Notes: generated by a model not told the origin, from the sequence alone. DNA of 64,000 nt from Clostridia bacterium (GCA_017621475.1 JAGATA010000002.1:14625-78624), one strand, 5' to 3'. Counted from the stretch's first letter, positions 9,306 to 19,338 are shown. Numbers and translations: made by a program.

Positions 9306-10427
9306 ATGTACATCAACAACGACGCTCTCCAGCCCGATAAGCTGGAAGAAATACTTGCTCTTCGCCCCGAAGGTGCAGACATCGCGCCCAAAAAAGTAGA
9401 AAACCTTGAAAACCGTATGAAAGGCGCTCTTATCGGTCGTTTCGCAGGCTGCGTTCTCGGTATTCCCGTTGAACTTTACCCTGTTGCAAGAATGCAGGCT
9501 GTTGCGCTTGAATCCGGCACAACATTCCCCCCTCAGACGTATTGGAAAGGCACAGACCAGCCCGAAAAGATCCACTACCAGACAAACAAGAGAACAGAAT
9601 ACCTTGAAGAAAACATCGACAAGGTTCCCGTTGACGATGACATTACATACGTTATCCTCAACCTTCTCTGCCTTGAAAAATACGGCAAGAACTACACGGT
9701 AGAAGATATGGGCAAGCTCTGGCTCGATATTCTTCCCATCGCTTGCACAGCGGAAGACGAAGCTCTCCAGCAGATGCGCGCAGGCACAAGACCCGAATGT
9801 GCTGCAAACTTCAACAACTATGTTGAACTTATCGGTGCGGCTATCCGTGCTGACGCTTTCGGTTACGCAGAAGCAGGAGACCCCGTTGCCGCTGCAAAGC
9901 TTTCCTACAACGATGCTTATCTTACACACAGAAAGAACGGTATCTACGGCGAAATGTTCTGCGCGGCAGCAGTTGCGGCAGCTTTCACAGCAGAAACTCC
10001 CCTTGATGCTATCAAGGTTGCTATGACACAGATCCCCAAAGAATCCGAGCTTTACAAAGCTCTTGAATGGGCATTCTCCGTTGAAGATCAGGTTACAAAC
10101 TACCTCAGAGCACGCGCTCTCATCGACGAACAGTTCAAGAGAATGAACCACGTTCACACTATCAACAATATGGTTGCTATAGTATTCTCCTTTATGCTCG
10201 GCGGAAACGATTTCCAGAAGTGCATCAGCGAATGCGTTGCTATCGGTCTTGATAACGACTGCACAGGTGCAACTGTTGGTTCTATCGCAGGTGCTTGCCT
10301 CGGCTTCGATGCTATCCCCGAATATTGGTACAAGAACTTCAACGATACTGTTGTAACATACCTCACAGGCTACGAAAAGCTCTCTCTTACAGACGTTGTC
10401 AACAGATTTATTGCTCTTAATTATTGA
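9306..10427 (+). CDS. ADP-ribosylglycohydrolase family protein
   Basis: GALIGRFAGCVLGIPVE near the N-terminus and LDNDCTGATVGSIAGA near the C-terminus. Start moved to the ATG at 9306, 10 nt after GGAGG. Confidence 0.8.
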   Translation: MYINNDALQPDKLEEILALRPEGADIAPKKVENLENRMKGALIGRFAGCVLGIPVELYPVARMQAVALESGTTFPPQTYWKGTDQPEKIHYQTNKRTEYLEENIDKVPVDDDITYVILNLLCLEKYGKNYTVEDMGKLWLDILPIACTAEDEALQQMRAGTRPECAANFNNYVELIGAAIRADAFGYAEAGDPVAAAKLSYNDAYLTHRKNGIYGEMFCAAAVAAAFTAETPLDAIKVAMTQIPKESELYKALEWAFSVEDQVTNYLRARALIDEQFKRMNHVHTINNMVAIVFSFMLGGNDFQKCISECVAIGLDNDCTGATVGSIAGACLGFDAIPEYWYKNFNDTVVTYLTGYEKLSLTDVVNRFIALNY

Positions 10428-10445
10428 GTTTTAGATTTTACAAAC

Positions 10446-10476
10446 AAAAATCCGCAGAAAATTCTGCGGATTTTTT
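10446..10476. terminator. Bidirectional intrinsic terminator
   Basis: AAAAATCCGCAGAA-AATT-CTGCGGATTTTTT. Confidence 0.8.
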
Positions 10477-10478
10477 AT

Positions 10479-11456
10479 TCAATAATTCTCTATTTCTATC
10501 TCTATGTCGCCCGTGCTTGTTTTTATTTCACATACACCGCCGGATCGGCTGTTCGGAACGCGCACCTTGCCTGTGGATGTATGCGTTGTAAATATCTTCT
10601 CCGAAAGCAAGGTTCCCGTAACGTCGCCCGTGCTTGTTCTGACATATATCGTGTCCGCGTCCGAAAGAGCAAAGTGAATGTCACCCGTATCGCTGATGAC
10701 GTTGAGCTTGCCCGAAACCTCTGTATGCTCAAATAAAATGTCACCCGTATTGCTTTCCGCGCTTATACTGCCTGTATGCACGTCTCCTATATGCACCTTG
10801 CCCGTGTCCGTTTCAACTTCGAGCCTGTCTTCGATATTTGCATTATAGACGTTTATTTTTCCCGTATCCGTTTCAACGCTCAAGTTTTTCGCAACAAGGT
10901 TTTCCGCAAGAATGTCGCCCGTGTCAGAAGCAAGAGATATATTTTCGGATTTCGCAAAAACTTGAATATCTCCCGTATCGGTTTCCGTTTCTATTCCGTC
11001 AAAGGTAAATTCAGCGGGTATTCTCACATCTCCTGTATCGGTATCAACACTTATGTTTTTATATTCGGTATGAGGCAAATATACGTCTATAGTTTCATCT
11101 TTTCCGATAGTGAAAAAAGAAAATCTTATGGTTTCGTACCATTTTGCATCCTTATTTTCTTTTATATAAAGCGTTTCATCCTTTACATAAACATAATAAA
11201 GGCGGTCCGTTCTTTCATAATTTTTGACGGTGGCGTTCACGTTATCGCACAGAATAAAATTAACGTCGGCGACGCTTGCATCGATAACGATATTTTCAAA
11301 ATCTTCATTTATTTCATAAGTACGCTCTTCATATTCCCCCGTATTGAGCTTTGTAAAGTCAAAGCCCATAGCGAAAACACCGACAACGCAAACAGCAAGC
11401 CCGACAATGCAAAAAATCGATGCAATTATTATCAGATTTTTCGTACTTTTCTTCAT
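10479..11456 (-). CDS. DUF4097 domain protein (putative beta-helical adhesin-like), N-terminal TM anchor
   Basis: 325 aa with one N-terminal TM span. Has about 9 repeats of the (S/E)(D/T)TG(D/K)I type, e.g. TDTGDV, TDTGDI, SDTGDI, TDTGKI. Confidence 0.75.
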   Translation of the reverse strand: MKKSTKNLIIIASIFCIVGLAVCVVGVFAMGFDFTKLNTGEYEERTYEINEDFENIVIDASVADVNFILCDNVNATVKNYERTDRLYYVYVKDETLYIKENKDAKWYETIRFSFFTIGKDETIDVYLPHTEYKNISVDTDTGDVRIPAEFTFDGIETETDTGDIQVFAKSENISLASDTGDILAENLVAKNLSVETDTGKINVYNANIEDRLEVETDTGKVHIGDVHTGSISAESNTGDILFEHTEVSGKLNVISDTGDIHFALSDADTIYVRTSTGDVTGTLLSEKIFTTHTSTGKVRVPNSRSGGVCEIKTSTGDIEIEIENY

Positions 11457-11468
11457 TTTACACCCTCC

Positions 11469-12047
11469 CTATTTATAAAACAATTTCTTATTCCTTTTTA
11501 AAATGAGTTTACTAAGCCGATACATAGCTATGGTAATCGCCTTACATCCGAAAAAGCCCAATATTCCAAGCCCTGCAAGGAGCACTCCCGCTCCGAGAAG
11601 AAATAGCCCTGCGCCAATATTTCCCGCGGCAAAAAAGCCTATAATGCCCGCAAGAGCGCACGCAAAAAAACAAAGGTCCGCAGCGTAAAGCGAGATAACG
11701 CAAGCCCACAAAGAAATATACACGGAAAAAACAACGATTACAGCCGCCAAAAGAAGCGTTACCCATATCGGCGAGCCCAAAAAGAGAAATATAACTTCCC
11801 ACGCACGAAGAGTTCGTTTTGGTTTGATTTTTGCTTTGACAAGCTTTGTGATCGGTATCTCTTCCATCACCTGCGCGGCAATATCCTTTGCAGAGCCTAT
11901 AGCTCCCACAGCTTCCTCCTCCGAAATTCCTTCCTCTATTCGATCGTCTATCATTTCCCTGTAATAATCGAGCGAAGCCTGCACATCTTCCAAAGGCAAT
12001 GCAGATAAGTACCTTTTCAACTCCGCCAAAAATTCATTTTTAGTCAT
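11469..12047 (-). CDS. DUF1700 domain membrane protein
   Basis: MTKNEFLAELKRYLSALPLEDVQASLDYYREMIDD N-terminus plus C-terminal TM spans. Overlaps the PadR stop by 8 nt. Confidence 0.75.
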   Translation of the reverse strand: MTKNEFLAELKRYLSALPLEDVQASLDYYREMIDDRIEEGISEEEAVGAIGSAKDIAAQVMEEIPITKLVKAKIKPKRTLRAWEVIFLFLGSPIWVTLLLAAVIVVFSVYISLWACVISLYAADLCFFACALAGIIGFFAAGNIGAGLFLLGAGVLLAGLGILGFFGCKAITIAMYRLSKLILKRNKKLFYK

Positions 12048-12360
12048 TACTCTTCTCCTCTCTCGTTATAAAATTGTATATAGCAAGTATCTCTTTCCAT
12101 TCTTCGCGAAATTCCTCTATCCGCGCAAGCCCCTGCGGGGTAATTCGGTAATATTTTCGCAATCTGCCGTTATGCTCCGCCGAATGTACCGTCAAAGCTC
12201 CGCCGCCCTCCAGCCTTCGGAGAATGGGGTAAAGCGTAGATTCCGATATTTCGGCATATGGTTTTATATCCTTGATTATTTTATACCCGTATGAATCCTC
12301 GTTTTTTATCGCGGAAAGAACGAGAACGTCCAAAAGTCCTCTTTTTATCTGAACATCCAT
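12040..12360 (-). CDS. PadR family transcriptional regulator
   Basis: 106 aa. LLDVLVLSAIKNEDSYGYKIIKDI and RKYYRITPQG are hallmark PadR winged-helix motifs. Confidence 0.85.
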   Translation of the reverse strand: MDVQIKRGLLDVLVLSAIKNEDSYGYKIIKDIKPYAEISESTLYPILRRLEGGGALTVHSAEHNGRLRKYYRITPQGLARIEEFREEWKEILAIYNFITREEKSND

Positions 12361-12458
12361 AGCAATACCTCCTTACATATAATACTATACTACGCGCAGT
12401 ATATATTGTCAAGAAAAAAATAAGAGTATATGAAAAAAACATATACTCTTTAATCTTA

Positions 12459-13265
12459 TTATTTATCGTAAACGCCGGCGATACCGCCAACGTCTTTCAT
12501 AATATATTTGGGGCGGTAGGGGAATTTTTCAAGGTCTGCAAGCGTCGTTACACCGGAGAGAACGAGAACTGTGTCTATCTCTGTTTCGATACCCGCAATA
12601 ATATCCGTATCCATTCTGTCACCGATAAGCACTGCGTCAATTCTATGGCAACCAAGCTTTTTGAGCGCGTGGCGCATCATAAGCGGATTGGGCTTGCCGA
12701 TGTAATAAGCCTTTCTGCCCGTTGTAAGCTCGATAGGAGAAATGAGCGCGCGGCACGCGGGAACGATACCGTTTTCGGAAGGGTCAACAAGGTCGCTGTT
12801 CGTACCGATAAGCTTTGCACCGTTCATAATAAGGCGTGAAGCCTTCTCTATCTGCTCATAATTCAAGGATTTGCTCGAACCGAAAACAACGTAGTCGGGG
12901 TTGACATCGTTCATACTGAAGCCCGCTTCGTACATAGCATATGTAAGACCGGGTTCACCGATAACGTAAGCAGAACCGCCTTCGCACTGGCTTGCAAGGA
13001 AAGAAGCTGTCGCCTGAGCGCTTGTGTAAAAATGCTCCTGACCTACGTTAAGACCCATTCTGCCGAGCTTTTGTGCAAGCTCTCTGGGGGAACGGCCCGA
13101 GCCGTTCGTAAGGAAAAGATAATTCTTTTCGTTTTTTTCAAGCCAATCTATAAATTCTTTTACGTGAGGAATAAGTTTATTTCCGTGATATATAACACCG
13201 TCCATATCACAAATAAAATTCTTCTTACTCCTGAGCGCCTCGTACTTTTCGTTGTCAATATTCAT
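12459..13265 (-). CDS. HAD-IIA family hydrolase (NagD-like sugar phosphatase)
   Basis: FICDMDGVIYHG (DxDG motif I), LTNGS, and GKPNP...IGDRMDTDI (motifs III/IV). Start trimmed to the ATG with GAAAGGA. Confidence 0.8.
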   Translation of the reverse strand: MNIDNEKYEALRSKKNFICDMDGVIYHGNKLIPHVKEFIDWLEKNEKNYLFLTNGSGRSPRELAQKLGRMGLNVGQEHFYTSAQATASFLASQCEGGSAYVIGEPGLTYAMYEAGFSMNDVNPDYVVFGSSKSLNYEQIEKASRLIMNGAKLIGTNSDLVDPSENGIVPACRALISPIELTTGRKAYYIGKPNPLMMRHALKKLGCHRIDAVLIGDRMDTDIIAGIETEIDTVLVLSGVTTLADLEKFPYRPKYIMKDVGGIAGVYDK

Positions 13266-13340
13266 AGCGGTTATCCTTTCTGTCTTTTGCTTTCCCCTAT
13301 ATTTTAACATAAAACGTCACTCTTGGCAAGAGCAAAATAC

Positions 13341-13372
13341 AAAAAACGTCTGCGGCGCACCGCAGACGTTTT
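13341..13372 (-). terminator. Intrinsic terminator ending the lysine operon
   Basis: AAAAAACGTCTGCGG-CGCA-CCGCAGACGTTTT. Confidence 0.8.
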
Positions 13373-13379
13373 CATTTCG

Positions 13380-14693
13380 TCAGATCCAATCCACGCTCTT
13401 GAAATCGTCATAGAGCGCTTTGATAGCTTTCTGGTAATTGTTGTTATCAACACCGACAATGATATTCGTTTCATCCGGTGGCTGTGCGATCATCTTGATA
13501 TTGATGCCGACAGCGGAAAGGGATGCGAATATTCTTGCACAGATACCGCTTTTGCCGACCATATTTCTGCCGACGATAGCGATAAGCGCAAGCTCTTTCT
13601 TTGCTCTTACTTTCGCGCCAAGCTCGCTTTCTATCTTGGAAACGATGTCATACATACACCCGGAAACAGAAGCACCGGAAACAATAACGCTTGCGGAATC
13701 GATACCCGTGGGGATATGTTCTACGTTTATCTTATAATCCTCGAATATTTCAAGCACGCGGCGTGTAAAGCCGATCTCCGTGGACATATGATCCTTGAGA
13801 ATATCAAAGGAAACGAAATCCTTTTTACCGGAAATACCCGTAATAACAGAGCTGTCATCGTTGCAATCGCGCTTGATGATCGTGCCGGGGCAGGAAGGTT
13901 CGTTCGTGTTTCTGATGTTGATGGAAATATTCTTTTCCTGCAAGGGAGAGATACTGTCCTCGTGGAGAACGTTCGCGCCCATATAGGAAAGCTCACGAAG
14001 CTCTGTATAAGTGATCTGGGAAATTGTTTTGGGATTTTCTACGATTCTGGGGTCTGCGGCAAGAGTGCCTGGAACGTCCGTCCAATTTTCGTATATTCTT
14101 GCATCCAAAAATCTTGCAAGGTAAGAGCCGGTTATATCTGAACCACCGCGAGAGAAGAGGCAAATATCCCCATTGGGGTAAGAGCCGTAGAATCCGGGAA
14201 CAACGATGTTTCCGCGGCTGGAGAATGCCTTTTTTGCATTCTGTTCGCTTCTTTCAAGGTCCACAGTACCGCTGTATGTGAAACGGATAATATCCTTGGA
14301 GTCAACAAAATCAAATCCAAGGTAAGAGCTCATAAGCTTTGCGGCAAGATATTCGCCGCGGCTGATAAGGTAGTTCTGATCCATTCCTTTTTTAAGCTGG
14401 GATTTGATGCGCGCAAGCTCGGAAGCTATATCGCAATTAAGGTTGAGGTCTCTTGCTATTTCAAAATATCTGCCTTCGATCATACCCCAGATATCATTAT
14501 AGGGTACGCCGTATTGAAGGTGTGTATAAAGTGTGTAAAGAAGGTCTGTTATCTTTATGTCATCGCTCGTTTTTTTACCCGGAGCGGAAACGACAACGAC
14601 CTGTCTTTCGGGGTTTGCATCTATGATGCTTTTAACTTTTTTGAACTGTTCGGCACTTGCCATAGATGTACCGCCGAATTTTGTAACTATCAT
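13380..14693 (-). CDS. lysC: Aspartate kinase
   Basis: MIVTKFGGTSMAS N-terminus and C-terminal ACT-like repeats. Start trimmed to the ATG after GGAG. Confidence 0.9.
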   Translation of the reverse strand: MIVTKFGGTSMASAEQFKKVKSIIDANPERQVVVVSAPGKKTSDDIKITDLLYTLYTHLQYGVPYNDIWGMIEGRYFEIARDLNLNCDIASELARIKSQLKKGMDQNYLISRGEYLAAKLMSSYLGFDFVDSKDIIRFTYSGTVDLERSEQNAKKAFSSRGNIVVPGFYGSYPNGDICLFSRGGSDITGSYLARFLDARIYENWTDVPGTLAADPRIVENPKTISQITYTELRELSYMGANVLHEDSISPLQEKNISINIRNTNEPSCPGTIIKRDCNDDSSVITGISGKKDFVSFDILKDHMSTEIGFTRRVLEIFEDYKINVEHIPTGIDSASVIVSGASVSGCMYDIVSKIESELGAKVRAKKELALIAIVGRNMVGKSGICARIFASLSAVGINIKMIAQPPDETNIIVGVDNNNYQKAIKALYDDFKSVDWI

Positions 14694-14724
14694 ATTTTTT
14701 CTCCAATCTGTAGAATCGCCTGCG

Positions 14725-16020
14725 TCAGTTATCCAGCAGGCAAAGGTCTTCAAATGTTTCGCGTCTTACCGCAATTCTCTCGCCGTTTTTACCGACGAGA
14801 AGAACGGCGGGGCGAGGGATCTTGTTATAATTTGAAGCCATAGAATAATTGTACGCGCCCGTAACAAGTACGGCAAGCGTATCCCCGCGCTTGGGGCGCG
14901 GAAGCATAATGTCTTCCTGTATAAGGTCACCGCTTTCGCAGCATCTGCCGGCTATGGAGCATTTGAAATCTGCTTTCTCCTCTGCCCTGTTTGCCAGCAT
15001 TATAGTATATGCGGAACCGTAAAGAGCGTATCTGGGATTATCGGGCATACCGCCGTCTATTGACACGTAGTTTTTAAGCTCCCCTATCTCTTTAACGGAG
15101 CCTACCGTGTAAAGCGTAATACCCGTATTTGCAACGATGCTTCTGCCGGGTTCCATAAGGATACGCGGCATATCAACACCGAATTCTTCGCAACGCTTTT
15201 TAACATGTGCTGCAACTTCGGCAATATTTGCCTCTATGTCTATGTGAGGGTCATCCTCCGTATAGCGAACGCCGAAGCCGCCACCAAGATTAAGAACAGC
15301 CGTATCAAAGGAATATCTCTTTTTAACTTCCGCAACAAAACCGAGCATAATATCTGCCGCGTCGCAGAAGGGTTCGCAATCGAATATCTGCGAACCGATG
15401 TGACAATGAAATCCTTTAAGAACGATATTGCTTCTTGAAAGAGCCATTTCCACCATCTCGTATGCTCTACCCGTCTCTATAGCAGAGCCGAATTTGGAAT
15501 CCACGCTGCCCGTCATAATCGCTTTGTGGGTGTGAGGGTCAATTCCGGGAGTTATGCGAAGAAGTATCTTTTGCATAACACCGTGAGCACCTGCGATCTC
15601 GCTTATAGCATCAAGCTCTTCCTCGTTGTCAACAACAAAATAACCGATTCCGTTTTTGATAGCATATTCAATATCGGAGTCCGTCTTGTTATTTCCGTGG
15701 AAAAACGCTTTTTCAAGCGGGAAACCGGCTTTTACCGCTGTATAAAGCTCGCCTGCGGAAACTATGTCCGTTCCCATACCGCACTCTGCAATAATGCGGT
15801 ATATTTCCGTAAAGCACAGAGCCTTGGAAGCATAGAGAGGCATGGCACCGCCGCCAAAATATTTTTCCATAGCATCGATATACATACGGCAGTTTTCGCG
15901 CACCTTGTCCTCGTCTATGACATAGAGTGCCGTGCCATATTTTTTCGCAAGCTCAACAGTATCGTATCCAGCAAAAGCAAGATGTCCCTGTTCATTTACC
16001 GTAAGATTAGAGTAAAGCAT
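14725..16020 (-). CDS. lysA: Diaminopimelate decarboxylase
   Basis: 431 aa. Has YASKAL (PLP lysine region), GGGFG and CESGD motifs. Confidence 0.92.
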   Translation of the reverse strand: MLYSNLTVNEQGHLAFAGYDTVELAKKYGTALYVIDEDKVRENCRMYIDAMEKYFGGGAMPLYASKALCFTEIYRIIAECGMGTDIVSAGELYTAVKAGFPLEKAFFHGNNKTDSDIEYAIKNGIGYFVVDNEEELDAISEIAGAHGVMQKILLRITPGIDPHTHKAIMTGSVDSKFGSAIETGRAYEMVEMALSRSNIVLKGFHCHIGSQIFDCEPFCDAADIMLGFVAEVKKRYSFDTAVLNLGGGFGVRYTEDDPHIDIEANIAEVAAHVKKRCEEFGVDMPRILMEPGRSIVANTGITLYTVGSVKEIGELKNYVSIDGGMPDNPRYALYGSAYTIMLANRAEEKADFKCSIAGRCCESGDLIQEDIMLPRPKRGDTLAVLVTGAYNYSMASNYNKIPRPAVLLVGKNGERIAVRRETFEDLCLLDN

Positions 16021-16044
16021 TGTTTGAATTTTACTTCCTTGTGA

Positions 16045-16782
16045 TTATTTTCTTACCATATCCTTGATATTGTAAAGACCGGGTTTTTTGCCGCAGATAA
16101 ATTTTGCTGCAGCAACCGCGCCTTCTGCAAAGAGAGCGCGTGTGTGCGCCTCGTGCTTGAGTGTGATGGTCTGGGATTCGGTGGATATGATTACCTCGTG
16201 TATGCCGACGATATTGCCGCAACGCACGGAATTTATACCGATATCCTCTTTTTCTCTTTTTCTCATACCGCTTCTGCCGATAACAAAGTTTGCATCGGGG
16301 CGGTTTGTCTTAATTTCGTTTGCAATAAGGAGTGCTGTGCCGCTGGGGGCATCGAGCTTATTTTTGTGGTGTGTTTCCACTATTTCAACGTCCGCATCTT
16401 TCATAATGCGTGCCGCTTCCGCTGCAAGAGCGGCGAGAACGGCAACGCCTATGGACATATTGCCGGAAGCGAAAACGGGAATAGTCTGTGCCGCATCCGT
16501 AATGCAGGCATTTTCTTCTTCCGTACAGCCTGTTGTTGCAATTATTGCGGGAATACCACGTTTTTTGGCATATTCAAGAACGCCGGGAACAGCCGTATGA
16601 TGGGAAAAATCAATAACAACGTCTGCTTCTCCTGCAAAAGAATCAAGAGAAGTAAGCACTTTTTCGCCGTCGCCGTTTACGTCAACGAGGGCGGCAATCG
16701 CCATATCCGTGCTTTCTTCAACAAAGCGGATAACTTCCTTGCCCATTCTGCCGAGAGCACCGTGAACTATAACTTTTGTCAT
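16045..16782 (-). CDS. dapB: 4-hydroxy-tetrahydrodipicolinate reductase
   Basis: VIVHGALGRMGKEV N-terminus and ETHHKNKLDAPSGTA motif. Confidence 0.92.
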   Translation of the reverse strand: MTKVIVHGALGRMGKEVIRFVEESTDMAIAALVDVNGDGEKVLTSLDSFAGEADVVIDFSHHTAVPGVLEYAKKRGIPAIIATTGCTEEENACITDAAQTIPVFASGNMSIGVAVLAALAAEAARIMKDADVEIVETHHKNKLDAPSGTALLIANEIKTNRPDANFVIGRSGMRKREKEDIGINSVRCGNIVGIHEVIISTESQTITLKHEAHTRALFAEGAVAAAKFICGKKPGLYNIKDMVRK

Positions 16783-16796
16783 ATCTTCCTCCGAAA

Positions 16797-17687
16797 TTAT
16801 ACGTTAAGACCGTATTCTCTCATAACAGAAAGCATCTTTTCATAGGGTTCGCCTTCCATGGGAACAAGGGGACCGCGAACAAAGTTGTCGCAGTAACCGA
16901 GCGCCGCCATAGCCGCTTTTACGGGGATGGGGTTAACGTCGGAGAAGAGAGCCTTTGTGATCTTGTGGAGGTGGAACTGCATTTCGGCAGCGCCTTTTAC
17001 GTCGCCCTTGAAGTATCTGTCGCACATTTCAACCATCTTTTCGGGAAGAACATTGGAAACAACCGAGATAACACCAAGACCGCCGAGGGACATAAGCGGA
17101 ACTACCTGGTCATCGTTACCGGAATAGAGCGCGAGCTTATCGCCCACGAGAGTCATTGTTTCAACTATCTTTTCAAGATTTCCGTTAGCTTCTTTAGCCG
17201 CAACGATATTTTCGTGCTCTGCAAGAGCAGCGTACGTTGCAGGCTCGATGTTTACGCCTGTGCGGGAAGGTACGTTGTAAAGGATAATGGGCTTATCGCT
17301 TGCATCGGCTACGTCATTGTAAAGTTTGATAAGACCCTTCTGGGATGTTTTGTTGTAATAGGGAGTAACAACGAGAAGCGCATCCGCGCCAACTCTGCAG
17401 GATTCGCGTGCAAGAGCAAGTCCGTGTTCGGAATCGTTGCTTCCCGCGCCGGCGATAACGGGTACTCTGCCGCCGACCTTTTCAACGGCGTATGCAATAG
17501 CACCGATGTGATCTTTATCGTTGAGGGTGGAAGCTTCGCCCGTTGTACCGCAAATAACAAGCGCGTTTATACCTCTTTTTATCTGGTCTTCAATAAGAGC
17601 GCCGAACTGCGCGTAGTTGATGCCGCTTTCGTTCATAGGAGTGATAAGGGCCGTTGCCGCACCTTTGAAAACAATTTTCTTTTCCAT
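16797..17687 (-). CDS. dapA: 4-hydroxy-tetrahydrodipicolinate synthase
   Basis: 296 aa. Has GTTGEASTL, the YNVPSRTG motif and an AAKEA catalytic lysine context. Confidence 0.92.
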   Translation of the reverse strand: MEKKIVFKGAATALITPMNESGINYAQFGALIEDQIKRGINALVICGTTGEASTLNDKDHIGAIAYAVEKVGGRVPVIAGAGSNDSEHGLALARESCRVGADALLVVTPYYNKTSQKGLIKLYNDVADASDKPIILYNVPSRTGVNIEPATYAALAEHENIVAAKEANGNLEKIVETMTLVGDKLALYSGNDDQVVPLMSLGGLGVISVVSNVLPEKMVEMCDRYFKGDVKGAAEMQFHLHKITKALFSDVNPIPVKAAMAALGYCDNFVRGPLVPMEGEPYEKMLSVMREYGLNV

Positions 17688-17763
17688 AGCTTTTTTCTTC
17701 TTTCTTAAAGATTTATATATTTAATGATATTTTTTGCTGGTATTATGCGTTTTCTCGTATTAC

Positions 17764-18022
17764 AAAAAAATAGCTGACGGAAGTCAGCTATCACAACTTA
17801 AAAATCGGGCATAAAACTCTCTCTGCTAATCTGCTCCGTGGTTTTCTCGTAATAAATAGCTCTCCGCAATACGCGACAATTCGGAAGATATTATTCCGCC
17901 GAACCAGGGAACGGCTTACCGCATAGACCGCCCTTCGGCACCGATCCCTTTCGCAAAAGCGGTATTTACGGATACCGTTTTCTGCCTTGCTACTTATAAT
18001 CCGGTGCGCCTCTATCATTAGA
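17764..18022 (-). promoter_or_regulatory. Lysine riboswitch (L-box) with terminator expression platform
   Basis: Minus strand reads GATAGAGGCGC...GCGAAAGGGATCGGTGCCGAAGGG...CTGG...GCGGAGAGCTA, matching the conserved L-box core (compare B. subtilis lysC GATAGAGGTGC...GAAAGGGG..GTCGCCGAAG..CTGG). It is followed by TAGCTGAC-TTCC-GTCAGCTA-TTTTTTT (17764-17790). Confidence 0.85.
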
Positions 18023-18029
18023 TAGAGGT

Positions 18030-18059
18030 ATTGTACCACAAAAGGCATACCAATGTCAA
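18030..18059 (-). promoter_or_regulatory. Sigma-A type promoter of the L-box/dapA operon
   Basis: Minus strand reads TTGACA-18 nt-TACAAT immediately upstream of the riboswitch. Confidence 0.6.
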
Positions 18060-18072
18060 TATTTTATAGCAT

Positions 18073-18109
18073 AAAAAAGCGCAAAAAACAAAGTTTTTTG
18101 CGCTTTTTT
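18073..18109 (-). terminator. Intrinsic terminator after the rRNA methyltransferase gene
   Basis: AAAAAAGCGCAAAAAAC-AAA-GTTTTTTGCGCTTTTTT. Confidence 0.8.
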
Positions 18110-18111
18110 CA

Positions 18112-19338
18112 TCACACAACCTGGAAAAGATAGAACTTCAAATAATCCGTTTCGGGGACGTTCAAAAGAATGGGGTGGTCGGGGCCCTGCGTGCGCGCCT
18201 CAATCTGTTTAAGCTCCACGTTTGCGTCGCGCGCAGCTTCTTTAAGCATCTTTACAAAATCCTCGCTCGGCATAAAATGGGAGCAGGAGCAGGTTGCAAG
18301 GAAGCCTCCGCGTGGCAAAAGCTTCATCGCACGGTAGTTTATCTCCTTATATCCGCGGTATGCGGAGCTTGCTGTCTTGCGGCTCTTCGTGAACGCCGGA
18401 GGATCGAGTATTATGAAATCATAAGGGGAGTTCTTCCCTTTTTCAAGCTCGGGAAGAAGGTCGAAAACGTCGGCACAGACAAAATCCATCTTGTCCTCAA
18501 TTCCGTTAAGGCGCGCATTAGCCCTAGCCATATCCACGGCAGACTGCGAAACGTCAACCGCCGTAACTCTTGCAGCCCCGCCCATAACTGCGTTCATCGC
18601 AAAAGAACCCGTGTGCGTAAAGCAGTCTAACACCCTTTTGCCCTTTGCAAGCTTGGCAACGGCAAGGCGGTTATACTTTTGGTCAAGGAAAAATCCCGTT
18701 TTCTGCCCGTTTTCAACGTCAACAGTGTATTTAACGCCGTTTTCGCAAATTTCCGTTATCGTGCTTTCGGGGTGGGGTCTTCCCTCTTTTTCGTACCAGC
18801 CCTTGAACAGCGGCAATCCCTCCAGCTCGCGTATTGCAACATCCTCGCGCTCGTAAATGCCGGAAATTTTCTCTCCGATAGCATCAAAAGTTTCAAAGAG
18901 GATATCGAATATCATATTTTTTATCTTGTCCATACCAAGCGAAAGCACCTGAACCACCAGGATGTCGGAAAACTTATCCACGGTAAGCCCCGGCATACCG
19001 TCCGCTTCGCCGAAAATGATACGGCAGGAGGAAAAATCATCCCCCATAACGGCGCGGCGGTAATCCACAGCATATTTTATTCTGCGCTCAAAGAAAGAAC
19101 GCTCAAATTTTTCGTTTGCATTGGAGGAAAGAAGGCGTATGCGTATCTTGCTCTTCTCGCTCCAAAAGCCCGTGCCAAGGTAAGAATCCTTGCTTGAATA
19201 AACGTCGCAAAGCTCGCCGTTTTCGCTTGGCGCTCCGCTTGTTATTTCCGCGTCATATACCCACGGATGACCTTTTTTAATTGAATATTCCGCCTTTTTT
19301 GTGACGGTTATTTTGGGAAACCTTCTCTCTGCGCTCAT
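18112..19338 (-). CDS. Class I SAM-dependent rRNA (cytosine-C5) methyltransferase, RlmI-like (PUA plus MTase)
   Basis: N-terminal KKGHPWVYDAEI (PUA-like) and LDCFTHTGSFA / FIILDPPAF SAM-MTase motifs. Start trimmed to the ATG after GGAGAAG. Confidence 0.8.
   Translation of the reverse strand: MSAERRFPKITVTKKAEYSIKKGHPWVYDAEITSGAPSENGELCDVYSSKDSYLGTGFWSEKSKIRIRLLSSNANEKFERSFFERRIKYAVDYRRAVMGDDFSSCRIIFGEADGMPGLTVDKFSDILVVQVLSLGMDKIKNMIFDILFETFDAIGEKISGIYEREDVAIRELEGLPLFKGWYEKEGRPHPESTITEICENGVKYTVDVENGQKTGFFLDQKYNRLAVAKLAKGKRVLDCFTHTGSFAMNAVMGGAARVTAVDVSQSAVDMARANARLNGIEDKMDFVCADVFDLLPELEKGKNSPYDFIILDPPAFTKSRKTASSAYRGYKEINYRAMKLLPRGGFLATCSCSHFMPSEDFVKMLKEAARDANVELKQIEARTQGPDHPILLNVPETDYLKFYLFQVV

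Noticed and set aside
17791-18048. An 85-aa minus-strand ORF lies upstream of dapA.
   Set aside because: It coincides with the lysine riboswitch aptamer, so the region is explained as structured RNA.
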